Below are positions 11,601 through 21,754 of a stretch of DNA of 64,000 nt, in pieces (the first letter of the stretch is position 1; each line of letters begins with the position of its first letter). The notes under the pieces were generated by a model. The model had not been told where the DNA came from. It did not search any database and saw only the letters and a list, made by a program, of their open reading frames with translations. Position numbers and translations under genes: made by a program. Source of the DNA: Candidatus Limnocylindrales bacterium (GTDB taxonomy: Bacteria; Chloroflexota; Limnocylindria; Limnocylindrales; CSP1-4); assembly GCA_038214375.1 (NCBI GenBank), contig JBBQRX010000006.1:39979-103978 (forward strand), given 5' to 3'.

Positions 11601-11792
11601 GTGGATCGTACGGACATGAAGGACGAATGCCCCATGACCGAGGACTGCCCCGGCTACGACCGCGACCGACGGACGTGCCTCCTCCGTCCGGGCGACTGCG
11701 AGTTCAATCCCGCCGACGACGAGGCCGCCCTGACGTTCGAGAGTGCCGAGGCGCCGACGCCGGATGTTTTCGAAGAGGTCGTTTCGCGATAG
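11601..11792 (+). CDS. small hypothetical protein with four Cys and an acidic tail (true start may be 11616 or 11634)
   Basis: 63-codon ORF with GC-rich third positions. Spacing is C-x5-C-x9-C-x6-C. It is the only plausible ORF in a 964-nt gap. Confidence 0.3.
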   Translation: MDRTDMKDECPMTEDCPGYDRDRRTCLLRPGDCEFNPADDEAALTFESAEAPTPDVFEEVVSR

Positions 11793-12257
11793 GCCGGAGG
11801 ATCTCCTCGTCAAGGCACATCCCGCGGGGAGCGAATGCCGCCGGGCGGAAAGTGCGGACGCCTCCGGCGTAGGCATCGCCTGGAACTTGTTCTGCCCAAG
11901 CGTGACCCGCCGCTGACCCTGGGGGTGCCGCGCATCCACGCATTCCGCGGGATCCCGATCGAGCACGTGACTGCGATACGGCTGGCCTCCAGGTCGCCGG
12001 GTGCCGGAGTCCTGCGACGCTACTCCGGGTACCCGACCGAGCTGCACGACATCACCCACTGACACCGGGCGGGCCGTTTGCCCGGGTGAGGAGCCGCATA
12101 ACACCGGCCTTGTCGGGCCGAATGACCCTTGCAGGCGGGCGGATGGGCCCCTTCGCTATTCGAAGTGGGAGGCGTTGACACGCGGTCCTGACCGCAGCCA
12201 CCGGAACCGTGCCAAGCCACCGGCGAGACCGAGACGCGGGGAAGAGAGGCGACGCAG

Positions 12258-12917
12258 ATGCGAAGTCGATCACTCGCCATCGCCGTCGTGATGGCGTTGG
12301 CCGGCTGTGGCGGAGCGCCGCCGGCTGCGCGGGTGGACACGCCCGCGCCGTCCGTTCCTCGCGCAGCCCCGACCGCTCCCGCGCCGTCACCCACTCCGGT
12401 GCCGACTCCGACGCCATCGGTGACCGAGGAGCAACTGGCTGCCGTCTGTTCGGGAAGAGCAATCCCGTCGGCCGCGCCCTATGCCGGCAAGGTCCATCCC
12501 TTGGTCGTCATCGACGAGTGGCTGGGCCGCTATGTCGATTCGGTCTACGTCATCAACAAGAAGCTCGACGACGGCACCTGGTCGAGCTCGCAGATCCAGC
12601 TGGTCGTGTGTGTTCCGTTCGATCAGAAAGCCAGTGTGACCGTTGGCTCATGCGGCCGAAACTGGACCAGGAAGAGCGACGGGGTGGCCGGCGAGCTGCT
12701 CCTGCAGCGCTACAAGATGAAGGTCCGCGTGGTGCTCGCCAGAACGGGCAAGACTCTCCAGACGGAGGCGCTCTTCGGCTCCGTCCCGAGCTGCGGTGGG
12801 AAGTTCTCCTCCCTCAACCTGAGCGTCAAGCCGCCCTGGAAGGGATACGGCTCCAAGGTCACAGTTGCTCAGATCAACAAGTACGCCACGGCCGTGTCGA
12901 AGCAGGCGGTGAAGTAG
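12258..12917 (+). CDS. hypothetical lipoprotein
   Basis: MRSRSLAIAVVMALAGCGG lipobox, Pro/Ala-rich linker, then a globular domain. Confidence 0.65.
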   Translation: MRSRSLAIAVVMALAGCGGAPPAARVDTPAPSVPRAAPTAPAPSPTPVPTPTPSVTEEQLAAVCSGRAIPSAAPYAGKVHPLVVIDEWLGRYVDSVYVINKKLDDGTWSSSQIQLVVCVPFDQKASVTVGSCGRNWTRKSDGVAGELLLQRYKMKVRVVLARTGKTLQTEALFGSVPSCGGKFSSLNLSVKPPWKGYGSKVTVAQINKYATAVSKQAVK

Positions 12918-13212
12918 CCCAGCCCCGGCGGGGGTTTGCGGCCGAGAGGTCGCGATAAGCTGGAGGATCGGCTCGTCAGGGCGAACATGCCGGGCAAAGC
13001 TCGCCATCTCCGCACCTCGCCCTCCGCTCACGCTTGGTCAGGTTCGAACGATGACCGCGGCACGATGTGGGACACGCGATTCGCGTTCGAGCGCGCCCTC
13101 ACCATCCGGAAGATGACACGTCGGCGGCGCTCTCGGCCGGAGCTGGGGCGCCGGCGGCCTCGAACCGTACAATGGCGGCTCCACGCGCCACCCTGCCGGA
13201 GGACCCGCGCCC

Positions 13213-13602
13213 GTGCCGCCGATCACCGAGCTCACCCGGATCGAGCCCATCCACCTCGAGCGCCTGGCGCGCCAGGGCGTCTTCACGACCGGCCTCCTGC
13301 TCGAAGTCTCGGAGACCCCGACGCGGCGCCAGACGCTTGCCGACCAGGTGGACGCGTCCACGAATGACGTGCTGCGCTGGCGCGACGAGGCCCTCCTGCT
13401 GAACCTGGCCGGGTTCGGGTCGCCGGAGCATGACCTGTTCGCGTTCGCGGGCTACGAGGGGCTTGGCGCGGTGCTGAAGGTCGACCTCGAGGCCTTCGGC
13501 GCCGCAATCGCGCGGGCCGCGACCCGCCTGCAGGTGGTGCCGCCGACGGACCTTGTCGTCGAGACATGGTGGGAGCAGGCCCGGACGCTGCAGGACGAAT
13601 GA
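13213..13602 (+). CDS. DUF4332-like (helix-hairpin-helix) domain protein
   Basis: Two HhH-like repeats (LTRIEPIHLERLARQGVFTTGLLL; LLNLAGFGSPEHDLFAFAGYEGLGAV). GGAGGA SD before GTG 13213. A TACAAT box lies at 13168-13173. Confidence 0.55.
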   Translation: MPPITELTRIEPIHLERLARQGVFTTGLLLEVSETPTRRQTLADQVDASTNDVLRWRDEALLLNLAGFGSPEHDLFAFAGYEGLGAVLKVDLEAFGAAIARAATRLQVVPPTDLVVETWWEQARTLQDE

Positions 13603-14282
13603 CGGCCGCCGTGGCAGTTCCAGCCAGTCCGCGTGCCCGGTGGTCGCGAGGTTCGCTCGTGATCGGGTCGGCCACGATGCTCACCCTGGTCGGCATCGCG
13701 ATCGGGCTCTTCTTCAACCCCGTCTGGGTCTCGTTCGAGCAGGGTCGCACGCGCGCCGATCTCTGGACGGGCTTCACGCCCCAGGCGGTCCGGACCGTCA
13801 CCGACTCCGTCCTCGGGGAGGTCTACCTGGGCCCGGGGACGTTCGCCCAGTCCGTGGACGGCGTGCCGGTCTTCAACGAGCGTGAGCGTGCCCACATGGC
13901 CAGCGTGCGCGGCGTCGTCGTCGCGTTCTTCGGGCTGGTGTTCCTTTCCGCGGCGATCCTCGTGGCGGGCCGGGTCCGGTCGCGCGGTGCGGCGTGGTAC
14001 TGGCGTGCGGTCGCCCGGGGGTCCGCGGTTCTCGCTGTCGGCACGGTGGTCGTCGGTGTCGCGTTCGGGCTGGTTTTCGAGCAGGCGTTCACGCTGTTCC
14101 ACGAGATCTTCTTCGCGCCCGGGACGTGGACGTTCGACCCCGCGAAGGACCGGCTGGTCCAGCTCTTCCCGGACGACTTCTGGACCGAGACCAGTGTCGC
14201 CATCGCGGTCGTCGGCCTGCTTCTCACGCTGGCGACGTGGGCATTCGCTCGCAGCCGCGCCAGGCGCGGCGGGGCCGCCTGA
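13599..14282 (+). CDS. TIGR01906/DUF1461-family integral membrane protein
   Basis: TM-flanked fold with NERERAHMASVRGV and FHEIFFAPGTWTFDPAKDRLVQLFPDDFW blocks. ATG overlaps the previous stop (ATGA). Confidence 0.65.
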   Translation: MTAAVAVPASPRARWSRGSLVIGSATMLTLVGIAIGLFFNPVWVSFEQGRTRADLWTGFTPQAVRTVTDSVLGEVYLGPGTFAQSVDGVPVFNERERAHMASVRGVVVAFFGLVFLSAAILVAGRVRSRGAAWYWRAVARGSAVLAVGTVVVGVAFGLVFEQAFTLFHEIFFAPGTWTFDPAKDRLVQLFPDDFWTETSVAIAVVGLLLTLATWAFARSRARRGGAA

Positions 14283-14283
14283 G

Positions 14284-15432
14284 GTGCTGCTGCGCGGGAT
14301 CCCGGTGGCGCGACTGCTCGGCACGGAGATCCGTGTCCACATCTCGTGGACGCTCATCGCGGCCTTCGTGGTCGCCTCGCTCGGTGCGGTGGACCTGCCG
14401 GGGCGCTATCCGGGTTGGCCCACGGGGCTTGCATGGCTCGTGGCCGTGGCGACAGGGGTCGGCTTCTTCGGCGCCGTGCTGCTCCACGAGGTGGCCCACA
14501 TCGCCGTCGGGCGCCGGGCGGCCGTGGCGCCGGAATCGGTGACGCTGCTCCTCTTCGGTGGCGTCCCCTCGGCCGAGCGCGGCGCGCGGTCTGCGGCCTG
14601 GGAGGCCGCGATCGCCATCGCCGGGCCGATCGCGAGCATCGCGGTCGGCGCCGCGTCGCTGAGCGCGGCGGGCGCCATCGCAGTCCCGTCGGTATCGAGC
14701 GTGCCTGCTCAGGCGCTCGGCGAGGTGCTCGCGGTGGTGGGGCTCCTGAGCCTGTTCGTCGGCCTGGTGAACCTGGCACCCGTCTTCCCGCTGGACGGCA
14801 GCCGCTTGCTCCGCGCCCTCGCCTGGCAGCTGACCGGGGAGGAGGGTCGCGGCACGCGCGTGGCGGGCGGGGTCGGCCGGCTCATCGGCATCGGGATGAT
14901 GGGCGGCGGCGTGCTGCTCGCGGTCAGCGGGGAGCTCATCGACGGGTTCTTCCTCGGCATGCTCGGCTGGTTCGTCCGGGGCTCGAGCGGTGCCCAGGCC
15001 CGACAGGAGGTTCTCGAGGGCCTCATCGTGGACGCCACCGTGGGCGACGCGATGGAGCGCGATCTCCCGGTCGTCCCGCCGCAAGTCACGCTCGACACGT
15101 TCGCTGCGGTCCTGTCGGGCCCGGAGAGCGTCTCGATGGTCCGCGTCATGGCGGGTGGCCGCCTGGTCGGGCTGGTGGGGCCGCGCGAGCTCCGGCGCGT
15201 CAGACGCTCCGCGTGGCAGCGAACGCAGGCATCCGTTGCCATGGCGCCCGCCGACTCCGTTCCCGCGGCTGCTCCAGGCGACGGTCTGCGATCCGCCGTG
15301 GCTCGCCTCCAGGCGGCCGGCGTCGAGGGCCTGCCGGTGGTCGAGAACGAGGAGCTGGTCGGGATCCTCACCCGGCACGGGATCGGCCGGCTCGTCCACG
15401 AGCGATCGCGACAGGCGATCCCACCCCGATGA
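14284..15432 (+). CDS. site-2 protease family (M50) metalloprotease with C-terminal CBS pair
   Basis: HEVAH zinc motif within multiple TM helices, NLAPVFPLDG motif, CBS-like C-terminus. GTG 14284 is 2 nt after the previous stop. Confidence 0.85.
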   Translation: MLLRGIPVARLLGTEIRVHISWTLIAAFVVASLGAVDLPGRYPGWPTGLAWLVAVATGVGFFGAVLLHEVAHIAVGRRAAVAPESVTLLLFGGVPSAERGARSAAWEAAIAIAGPIASIAVGAASLSAAGAIAVPSVSSVPAQALGEVLAVVGLLSLFVGLVNLAPVFPLDGSRLLRALAWQLTGEEGRGTRVAGGVGRLIGIGMMGGGVLLAVSGELIDGFFLGMLGWFVRGSSGAQARQEVLEGLIVDATVGDAMERDLPVVPPQVTLDTFAAVLSGPESVSMVRVMAGGRLVGLVGPRELRRVRRSAWQRTQASVAMAPADSVPAAAPGDGLRSAVARLQAAGVEGLPVVENEELVGILTRHGIGRLVHERSRQAIPPR

Positions 15433-15445
15433 ACGAGGCCCCGCG

Positions 15446-16780
15446 ATGAACGAGCTCATGCCCATCGCGGTCGCCCGTGCGCAGGTGCTGGCGGCGATTC
15501 CGGCCGCGCTCCCCGCCGTGACCGTCGCGCTCGGCGATGCGCTCGGTCGCGTGCTGGCCACCGACGTTGCCGCCGCGACGGACCTCCCGCCGTGGGACAA
15601 CTCGGCGATGGACGGGTATGCCATCCGCGCCGTCGACGTCGCCGGCGCGACCGAGACCGCACCGATCCTGCTGAGCGTGGCGGGCGAGGTTGCCGCGGGG
15701 AGCGCCTCGGAGACGGCCGTGGTCCCGGGCTCGGCCCTGCGCATCGCGACCGGCGCACCGATGCCGCCCGGCGCGGACGCGGTGGTCGCCGTGGAGCTGA
15801 CGACGCCGCAGGAGGCGGACGGGTCCGCCGGGCCGCGCGGCCGCGACGCCACCGGACCGCTTCCCGCGCGGATCCTGGTCCACGAGGCGACACATCCCGT
15901 CCGGAACGTCCGGCTCCGCGCGAGCGACCTCCAGCTCGGGCGCCGGGTCCTCCCTGCCGGGCGGGCCGTGGGACCCGCGGAGCTGGCGATCATCGCCGCG
16001 GGCGGCGTCGCACGCGTGTCGGTCCACGCCCGGCCGCGGGTCGCGGTCCTCTCCACCGGCGACGAGCTCCGCGTCTCCGGCAGCGACCTCGGTGCGGCCG
16101 GGATCCCGGATTCGAACGGGCCGGCGCTCGTGGCGCTCTGCGCGGCCGCCGGCGCCGACGCGCGCCACGTGGGCATCGCCCCCGACCGCCTGGAACCCAC
16201 GCTCGAGCTGCTTCGCGAGGCGCTCGTGGATGCCGACCTGGTGATCGCGAGCGGCGGCGTCTCCGTTGGCCCGTACGACGTGGTCCGCGGCGCGTTCGCC
16301 CGGGTCGGAACGGTGGACCTCTGGCGCGCGGCCATCCAGCCGGGCAAGCCGTTCGCGTTCGGGACCGCCCCGCGCCCGGGTGGTGAAGCGGGCCCGCCGG
16401 TGCTGCTGTTCGGGCTTCCCGGGAACCCCGTCTCGGTCTTCGTGACGTTCGAGGTGTTCGTCCGGCCCGCGCTGCGGCGTCTCGCCGGCCGCACCGACGA
16501 GGCGCTCCTGCGTCCCGTCGACGCAGGCGTGCTCGAGGAGCCGGTCACGAAGTCGATCGGCCGCCGGACCTTCCTGCGCGTGGCGGCGCTCCGCGACCCG
16601 GCCAGCGGGGCGCCGATCCGCGATTCCGTGGGCCGTGTGCGTGTCGCCCTGGCCGGGGGCCAGGAGAGCCACCAGCTCTCGGCGCTCGCGGCCGCCGATG
16701 CGCTCGCCGTCGTGCCAGAATCGGTCGCAGGCCTGCCGGCGGGCGCCGGGGTCGAGCTGTGGTGGCTCGATCGGCCCTGA
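15446..16780 (+). CDS. moeA: molybdopterin molybdenumtransferase MoeA
   Basis: PPWDNSAMDGYA, SGGVSVGPYD and GLPGNPVS blocks. ATG 15446 lies within ORF 14990... Confidence 0.9.
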   Translation: MNELMPIAVARAQVLAAIPAALPAVTVALGDALGRVLATDVAAATDLPPWDNSAMDGYAIRAVDVAGATETAPILLSVAGEVAAGSASETAVVPGSALRIATGAPMPPGADAVVAVELTTPQEADGSAGPRGRDATGPLPARILVHEATHPVRNVRLRASDLQLGRRVLPAGRAVGPAELAIIAAGGVARVSVHARPRVAVLSTGDELRVSGSDLGAAGIPDSNGPALVALCAAAGADARHVGIAPDRLEPTLELLREALVDADLVIASGGVSVGPYDVVRGAFARVGTVDLWRAAIQPGKPFAFGTAPRPGGEAGPPVLLFGLPGNPVSVFVTFEVFVRPALRRLAGRTDEALLRPVDAGVLEEPVTKSIGRRTFLRVAALRDPASGAPIRDSVGRVRVALAGGQESHQLSALAAADALAVVPESVAGLPAGAGVELWWLDRP

Positions 16781-16841
16781 CGACACGTACGCGAGCCGGC
16801 GGCCCGGCACCGACCGGGCGGATCCCCGGCACGGAGGTGGC

Positions 16842-17501
16842 ATGGACGAGCGATCGCAGCCCCGGGCGGATCGCCGCCGGCTGACCCACGTGGACCGCGC
16901 GGGTCGTCCGCGCATGGTGGACATCTCCGCCAAGCCGACCACCGTCCGCCGCGCGGTCGCCGAGGCGGAGGTCGTCTGCAGCCAGGAGACGCTCAGCCTC
17001 GTGATCGACGGGCGGGGACCGAAAGGCGACGTGCTGACCGTCGCCGAGATCGCGGGCGTCATGGGCGGCAAGCACACCGCCGACCTGATCCCGCTCTGCC
17101 ACCCGCTGGCGCTGACCGACCTCCTGGTCTCGATCACGCCCGACCGGGCCGCCTCCGCGCTGCGCATCCGGGCCGAGGCGGCCACGGTGGGGCCGACCGG
17201 CGTGGAGATGGAAGCGCTCGTCGCGGCGAGCGTCGCGGCCCTGACCGTCTACGACATGGTCAAGGGCGTCGAGAAGGGCGTGGAGATCCGCCACGTCCGC
17301 CTCGTGAGCAAGGTCGGCGGGAAGTCGGGCGACTGGCGCCGCGAGGGGTCGGATCTTCCGCCGGCGCAGGCCGCTCCGCCGGCGGGCGCGCCAACCGGCG
17401 GGTTCGTCCCGGCCTCACCGGCGATGGTTCGACCGAAGGGTGTTCGCGGCCCGGCACGGGCCGGCGGGATCCGGCGGCCGGGTCGCCGGACCGGTCCCTG
17501 A
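16842..17501 (+). CDS. moaC: cyclic pyranopterin monophosphate synthase MoaC (with ~55-aa low-complexity C-terminal extension)
   Basis: LTHVD...MVDISAKP...GVMGGKHTADLIPLCHPL...YDMVK. GGAGG SD before ATG 16842. Confidence 0.9.
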   Translation: MDERSQPRADRRRLTHVDRAGRPRMVDISAKPTTVRRAVAEAEVVCSQETLSLVIDGRGPKGDVLTVAEIAGVMGGKHTADLIPLCHPLALTDLLVSITPDRAASALRIRAEAATVGPTGVEMEALVAASVAALTVYDMVKGVEKGVEIRHVRLVSKVGGKSGDWRREGSDLPPAQAAPPAGAPTGGFVPASPAMVRPKGVRGPARAGGIRRPGRRTGP

Positions 17502-17504
17502 CCG

Positions 17505-18011
17505 ATGCCAGCAGGACGCCGGACGGCATTCGTCCTGACCGTGAGCGACCGCGGCTCGACCGGCGATCGGGTCGACACGTCCGGGGACGGGCTCGCCGCG
17601 CGCCTGGCCGTCCTGGGCTTCGCGGTGGAACGCGAGATGGTTCCCGACGAGCGCCGGCGCATCGAGTCGATGCTCGTCGCGGCGGCATCGCGGCACGGGC
17701 TGATCCTCACGACCGGCGGAACCGGCCTGACGCCGCGCGACGTCACGCCCCAGGCAACGCTCGCGGTGATCGACTACCAGGTGCCGGGCTTCGCCGAGGC
17801 GATGCGGGCCGACGGCCGCGCGAAGACGCCCATGGCGATCCTCTCGCGAGCCGTGGTGGGCGTGCGCGGGCAGACGCTCATCGTCAACCTCCCCGGCAGC
17901 CCGCGCGCGGCGCTCGAGTCGCTCGCGGTGCTCGAGCCGGTCCTCGATCACGCGCTCGATACGCTGCGCGGCCCGCACGATCACGCGGGGTGGGGGAGCG
18001 ACCCCGGCTGA
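17505..18011 (+). CDS. mog: MogA/MoaB-family molybdenum cofactor biosynthesis protein
   Basis: MoCF_biosynth core LILTTGGTGLTPRDVTPQAT and NLPGSP. Confidence 0.85.
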   Translation: MPAGRRTAFVLTVSDRGSTGDRVDTSGDGLAARLAVLGFAVEREMVPDERRRIESMLVAAASRHGLILTTGGTGLTPRDVTPQATLAVIDYQVPGFAEAMRADGRAKTPMAILSRAVVGVRGQTLIVNLPGSPRAALESLAVLEPVLDHALDTLRGPHDHAGWGSDPG

Positions 18012-18102
18012 GCGACCAGCGCCAACGAGCCCGGTTGATGCCACGAACGCGGTACATGCCCAGGCGCGGCTCCCGCGCGGCGGCCGGTGATAGGATCGCC
18101 GC

Positions 18103-19269
18103 GTGACGGCAGCCCACGCCCTTGGCCGGCTCACCGACGACCAGCGCGCGATTCGCGACGCGGTGCGGACGCTCGCCCGCGAGCGGGTGGCGCCGCGCGC
18201 GGCCGAGATCGACCGGACCGCCGAATTCCCCGAGGACCTTCGGGTCCTCCTCGCCGAGCAGGGCATCCTGGGCCTGCCCTTCCCCGAGCGGTTCGGCGGC
18301 CTGGGGGCCGACCTGCTGACCGTCTGCCTCGCGATCGAGGCGCTCTCGGCCGCCTGCGCGACGACCGGCCTGATCCTCGCGGTCCAGGAGCTCGGGTCGC
18401 TGCCCCTCCTGCTCGCCGGGACCGAGGAACAGCTCGCCCGGTTCGTGCCGGGGCTCGCTTCGGGAAGCGACCTGATCGCGTTTGCCCTGACCGAGGCGGA
18501 TGCCGGTTCGGACGCGGCAGCCGTCCGCACCCGTGCGGTCCGCGACGGCGAGACCTACCTGCTGACGGGGGAGAAGCGCTTCATCAGCCAGGGGAGCGTG
18601 GCGAGCCTCGTGACCGTGTTCGCGGTGACGGACCCCGACGCCGACCGGTACGGCCGGATCTCCGCGTTCGTCCTCGAGACCGGCAGCCCGGGCTTCTCGG
18701 TCACCCGCCTGGAGCACAAGATGGGGATCCGCGGGTCGCCCACCGCGGAGCTTGCCTTCGACGAGGTGCGCGTGCCGGCCGCCAACCGGCTCGGGGCGGA
18801 GGGCGATGGGTTCCGCCTCGCGATGCGGACGCTCGACCGGTCACGCCCGGGAATCGCCGCGCAGGCCGTGGGGATCGCCCAGGGGGCGCTTGACGCGGCC
18901 GCCGCGTACGCGGGCCAGCGCCGCCAGTTCGGCAAGGCGATCGGCGAGTTCCAGCTCGTGCAGGGGATGCTCGCGGACATGGATGCCCGGACCGAGGCGG
19001 CGCGCCAGCTCCTCTATACGGCCTGCGAGGAGATCGAGCGCGGCGCGCCGGACGCCGGGAGGTGGTCCGCGCTGTGTAAACTCGTGGCGGGGGATGCGGC
19101 GATGGCCGTGACGACGGACGCGGTCCAGGTGCTCGGCGGCTATGGCTATCTCGAGGACTTCCCAGTGGAGCGGATGATGCGCGACGCGAAGATCACCCAG
19201 CTCTACGAAGGGACGCAGCAGATCCAGCGGCTGGTGATCGCCCGGGCGCTCCTCGCCAGCGAACGCTAG
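18103..19269 (+). CDS. acyl-CoA dehydrogenase
   Basis: FALTEADAGSDAAA, GEKRFISQG and C-terminal YEGTQQIQRLVIAR are typical ACAD blocks. Confidence 0.9.
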   Translation: MTAAHALGRLTDDQRAIRDAVRTLARERVAPRAAEIDRTAEFPEDLRVLLAEQGILGLPFPERFGGLGADLLTVCLAIEALSAACATTGLILAVQELGSLPLLLAGTEEQLARFVPGLASGSDLIAFALTEADAGSDAAAVRTRAVRDGETYLLTGEKRFISQGSVASLVTVFAVTDPDADRYGRISAFVLETGSPGFSVTRLEHKMGIRGSPTAELAFDEVRVPAANRLGAEGDGFRLAMRTLDRSRPGIAAQAVGIAQGALDAAAAYAGQRRQFGKAIGEFQLVQGMLADMDARTEAARQLLYTACEEIERGAPDAGRWSALCKLVAGDAAMAVTTDAVQVLGGYGYLEDFPVERMMRDAKITQLYEGTQQIQRLVIARALLASER

Positions 19270-19305
19270 TCCCCACCGTTCGGGTCACGCAGGGAGATCC
19301 AGATC

Positions 19306-20082
19306 GTGCGGATCGTCGTGCTCCTGAAGCCGGTTCCCGACCCGGGCGAGGAGCGCCTCGGCGCCGATGGCCGGCTGGACCGCTCCGTCAGTCCCGTGAT
19401 CAATGGCAACGACGAGTACGTCCTCGAGGCCGCGCTCAAGCTCGTGGAGGCCGGCGGCGGCGAGATCACGCTCCTCTCGATGGCTCCGGCCGGCGTCACC
19501 GATCCCATCCGCAAGGCGCTCGCGATGGGTGCGACGCGGGCCGTCCTCGTGAGCGACCCCGCCCTGGCGGGTGCGTGCACGTGGACCACGGTCCAGGTCC
19601 TCGCCGCCGCGTTGCGCACGCTCGAATTCGACCTGGTGGTCGCCGGGATCGACACCTCGGACGGCGGTGGCGGGGTGGTCGCGGCCGGTATCGCGACGCT
19701 CCTGGAGCTCCCGTATCTCTCGAATGCACGGCGGATCGAGCCGTTCGAAGGGGGCGTCCGCGTCGAGCGGCTGAGTCCCGCCGGCCACGACCTCCTGGAA
19801 GCCTCCCTGCCCGCGATCGTGTCCGGGACGCAGCTTCTCGGCGAGCCGCGCTACCCGTCGCTGCGCGGGATCATGGGCGCCCGGTCGAAGGAGATCGCGG
19901 TCCGCACCCTCGCGGATATCGGGCTCGCCGATCGTCCCGTGGGAGGTGCCCACGCCACGACCGCCATGCTCGACGCACGGCCGCCTGCGTCCCGGGGCTC
20001 GACGCGGGTCGTTCGCGACCTGGAGCCAGCCGCCGCAGCGGCGGCGATCGTGGACTTCCTCGTCGAGCGACGTGCCCTGTGA
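19306..20082 (+). CDS. etfB: electron transfer flavoprotein beta subunit
   Basis: MRIVVLLKPVPD N-terminus and EtfB-length protein immediately 5' of etfA. Confidence 0.9.
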   Translation: MRIVVLLKPVPDPGEERLGADGRLDRSVSPVINGNDEYVLEAALKLVEAGGGEITLLSMAPAGVTDPIRKALAMGATRAVLVSDPALAGACTWTTVQVLAAALRTLEFDLVVAGIDTSDGGGGVVAAGIATLLELPYLSNARRIEPFEGGVRVERLSPAGHDLLEASLPAIVSGTQLLGEPRYPSLRGIMGARSKEIAVRTLADIGLADRPVGGAHATTAMLDARPPASRGSTRVVRDLEPAAAAAAIVDFLVERRAL

Positions 20083-21083
20083 TGGGCGGGATCTGGGTCG
20101 TCGGCGAGGTCGATGCGTCGGGCGCGCTCACGAAGCTTTCGGCGGAGGCGGCGACCGCTGCGCGCGCGCTCGGCGAGGCCGGGCACCTCGATGTCACCGG
20201 CCTCATCGTGGCCGCCGAGCCGGACCGGGCCGCCGCGAGCCTGGCCACGTTCCTGCCGGTCGTGCTGGCCGTGCGCGCGCCGGAGGCGATGGACTGCCCG
20301 GCCGCGGCGGTCGTCGCAGCACGGGTCGCCGCGCTGGCCGGCGCCGCGGAGCAGCCGCCCGCCTGGTTCGTGTTGGGCGCCTCGCCGGACGGCCGGGATC
20401 TCGCCGGCGTGCTCTCCGCGCTTCTCGAGATCGGCGTGCTCGTGGGCGCCACCGGCCTCGCCTGGGGCGACGCCGCGGACGGCGTGCCCGCCGGTCCCCG
20501 GGTGGAGATGCAGCCGTTCGGCGGGCGGCTCCTGACCACGAGCGGCTTCACGGGGGATCGCGGGATCATCCTGCTCCGTCCGAACATGGTCGCGGCGGAG
20601 CCGCTCGCCGCGCCCGGCCGCGTCGAAGAACGCTCGGTCGAGGCGGTCACCGACCCGCCCGCCGTTCGCGTCGTCGAGCGCGTCGCCGCCGAGGCCGCGG
20701 GGCCGAGCATCGAGGAGGCGCGCGTCATCGTGTCCGGCGGCCGCGGCGTGGGCGGGCCGGAAGGGTTCGCCGGCCTCCGCGAGCTTGCCGGGCTGCTTGG
20801 CGGAGCAGTCGGCGCCACTCGCGCCGCCGTCGACGCCGGCTGGATCGACTACGCCACGCAGATCGGCCAGACCGGCAAGACCGTGAAGCCCGCTATCTAC
20901 CTCGCGTTCGGCGTCTCGGGCGCGATCCAGCACAAGGTCGGGATGCAGACGGCCGAGACGATCGTCGCGGTCAACCGCGACCCGGACGCCCCGATCGGCG
21001 AGTTTGCGGATCTCTTCCTGATCGCGGACCTCGCGACCGTCGTCCCGGCGCTCATCGCGGCCCTCCGCGCCCGGACCGGATAG
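20082..21083 (+). CDS. etfA: electron transfer flavoprotein alpha subunit
   Basis: ATG overlaps the etfB stop (TGATG). C-terminal FAD-binding block IVSGGRGVG...QIGQTGKTVKPAIYLAFGVSGAIQH. Confidence 0.9.
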   Translation: MGGIWVVGEVDASGALTKLSAEAATAARALGEAGHLDVTGLIVAAEPDRAAASLATFLPVVLAVRAPEAMDCPAAAVVAARVAALAGAAEQPPAWFVLGASPDGRDLAGVLSALLEIGVLVGATGLAWGDAADGVPAGPRVEMQPFGGRLLTTSGFTGDRGIILLRPNMVAAEPLAAPGRVEERSVEAVTDPPAVRVVERVAAEAAGPSIEEARVIVSGGRGVGGPEGFAGLRELAGLLGGAVGATRAAVDAGWIDYATQIGQTGKTVKPAIYLAFGVSGAIQHKVGMQTAETIVAVNRDPDAPIGEFADLFLIADLATVVPALIAALRARTG

Positions 21084-21096
21084 CGGCGGCCCCGCG

Positions 21097-21663
21097 ATGC
21101 CCGAGGCGATCCTCCTCGCCATCTCCCTTGTCCTGTTCGCGCTCCTGGCCGTGACCTTCGTGCTCGTCCTGCGACGCGCCGCCCAGGTAGTGGCCCAGAC
21201 GCGCGAGCTCGATGGCTTTCGCGGGGCGACCGGCGACCTCGCGACCAGGATCGCGGCCAGCCTGAGCGGCGCGGCCGAGCGTATCGACGCGGTCCGCCGT
21301 GGGCAGGTCGCGCCGGATACGATCCTCGAGTCGCTCGAGGCGGCCCGCGACGGGATGGAGCGGTACCGGGTCGAGGCGGAGGCACTGGCCGCGCCTGCCG
21401 GGTACGACCCGCTTCGGGCGAGGCTGGTCGAGGAGCTGGATCGTGCGGCGCGCGCGTTCGACATGGTGGACCACGGGTGCGCAACGCTCTCCGCGGCGAG
21501 CGTCGGGCGGGCTCGTGGGGCCGAAGGGCAGACCGCGATCAAGCGAGGCTACCTCAACATCCTGCACGCCCGCGAGGCGATCATCGAGGTGGCGACCAAC
21601 CTGCGTTCGGCGCGACCGTCGAAGAGCTCGCCGCGGTGGTTCACCGGCCGGTCGGGGGACTGA
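21097..21663 (+). CDS. hypothetical membrane-anchored protein
   Basis: N-terminal TM helix (AILLAISLVLFALLAVTFVLVL) followed by a helical Ala/Arg-rich domain. No family recognised. Confidence 0.5.
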   Translation: MPEAILLAISLVLFALLAVTFVLVLRRAAQVVAQTRELDGFRGATGDLATRIAASLSGAAERIDAVRRGQVAPDTILESLEAARDGMERYRVEAEALAAPAGYDPLRARLVEELDRAARAFDMVDHGCATLSAASVGRARGAEGQTAIKRGYLNILHAREAIIEVATNLRSARPSKSSPRWFTGRSGD

Positions 21664-21754
21664 AGTCTCCGCCATTGCTCCCGGGTGGCCGCTATGTCGT
21701 GGTATCGTGCGCACGCACCACAAGATGTAGTGGTGGGGAGCGGAGGTGTGGCCG

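Noticed and set aside
17320-17501. Pro/Arg/Gly-rich C-terminal extension of MoaC, and a similar Arg-rich tail on Der (2515-2602), as possible extra domains
   Set aside because: These are low-complexity sequences typical of read-through into GC-rich spacer until the first stop. There is no motif content. They are noted in the features but not treated as functional.
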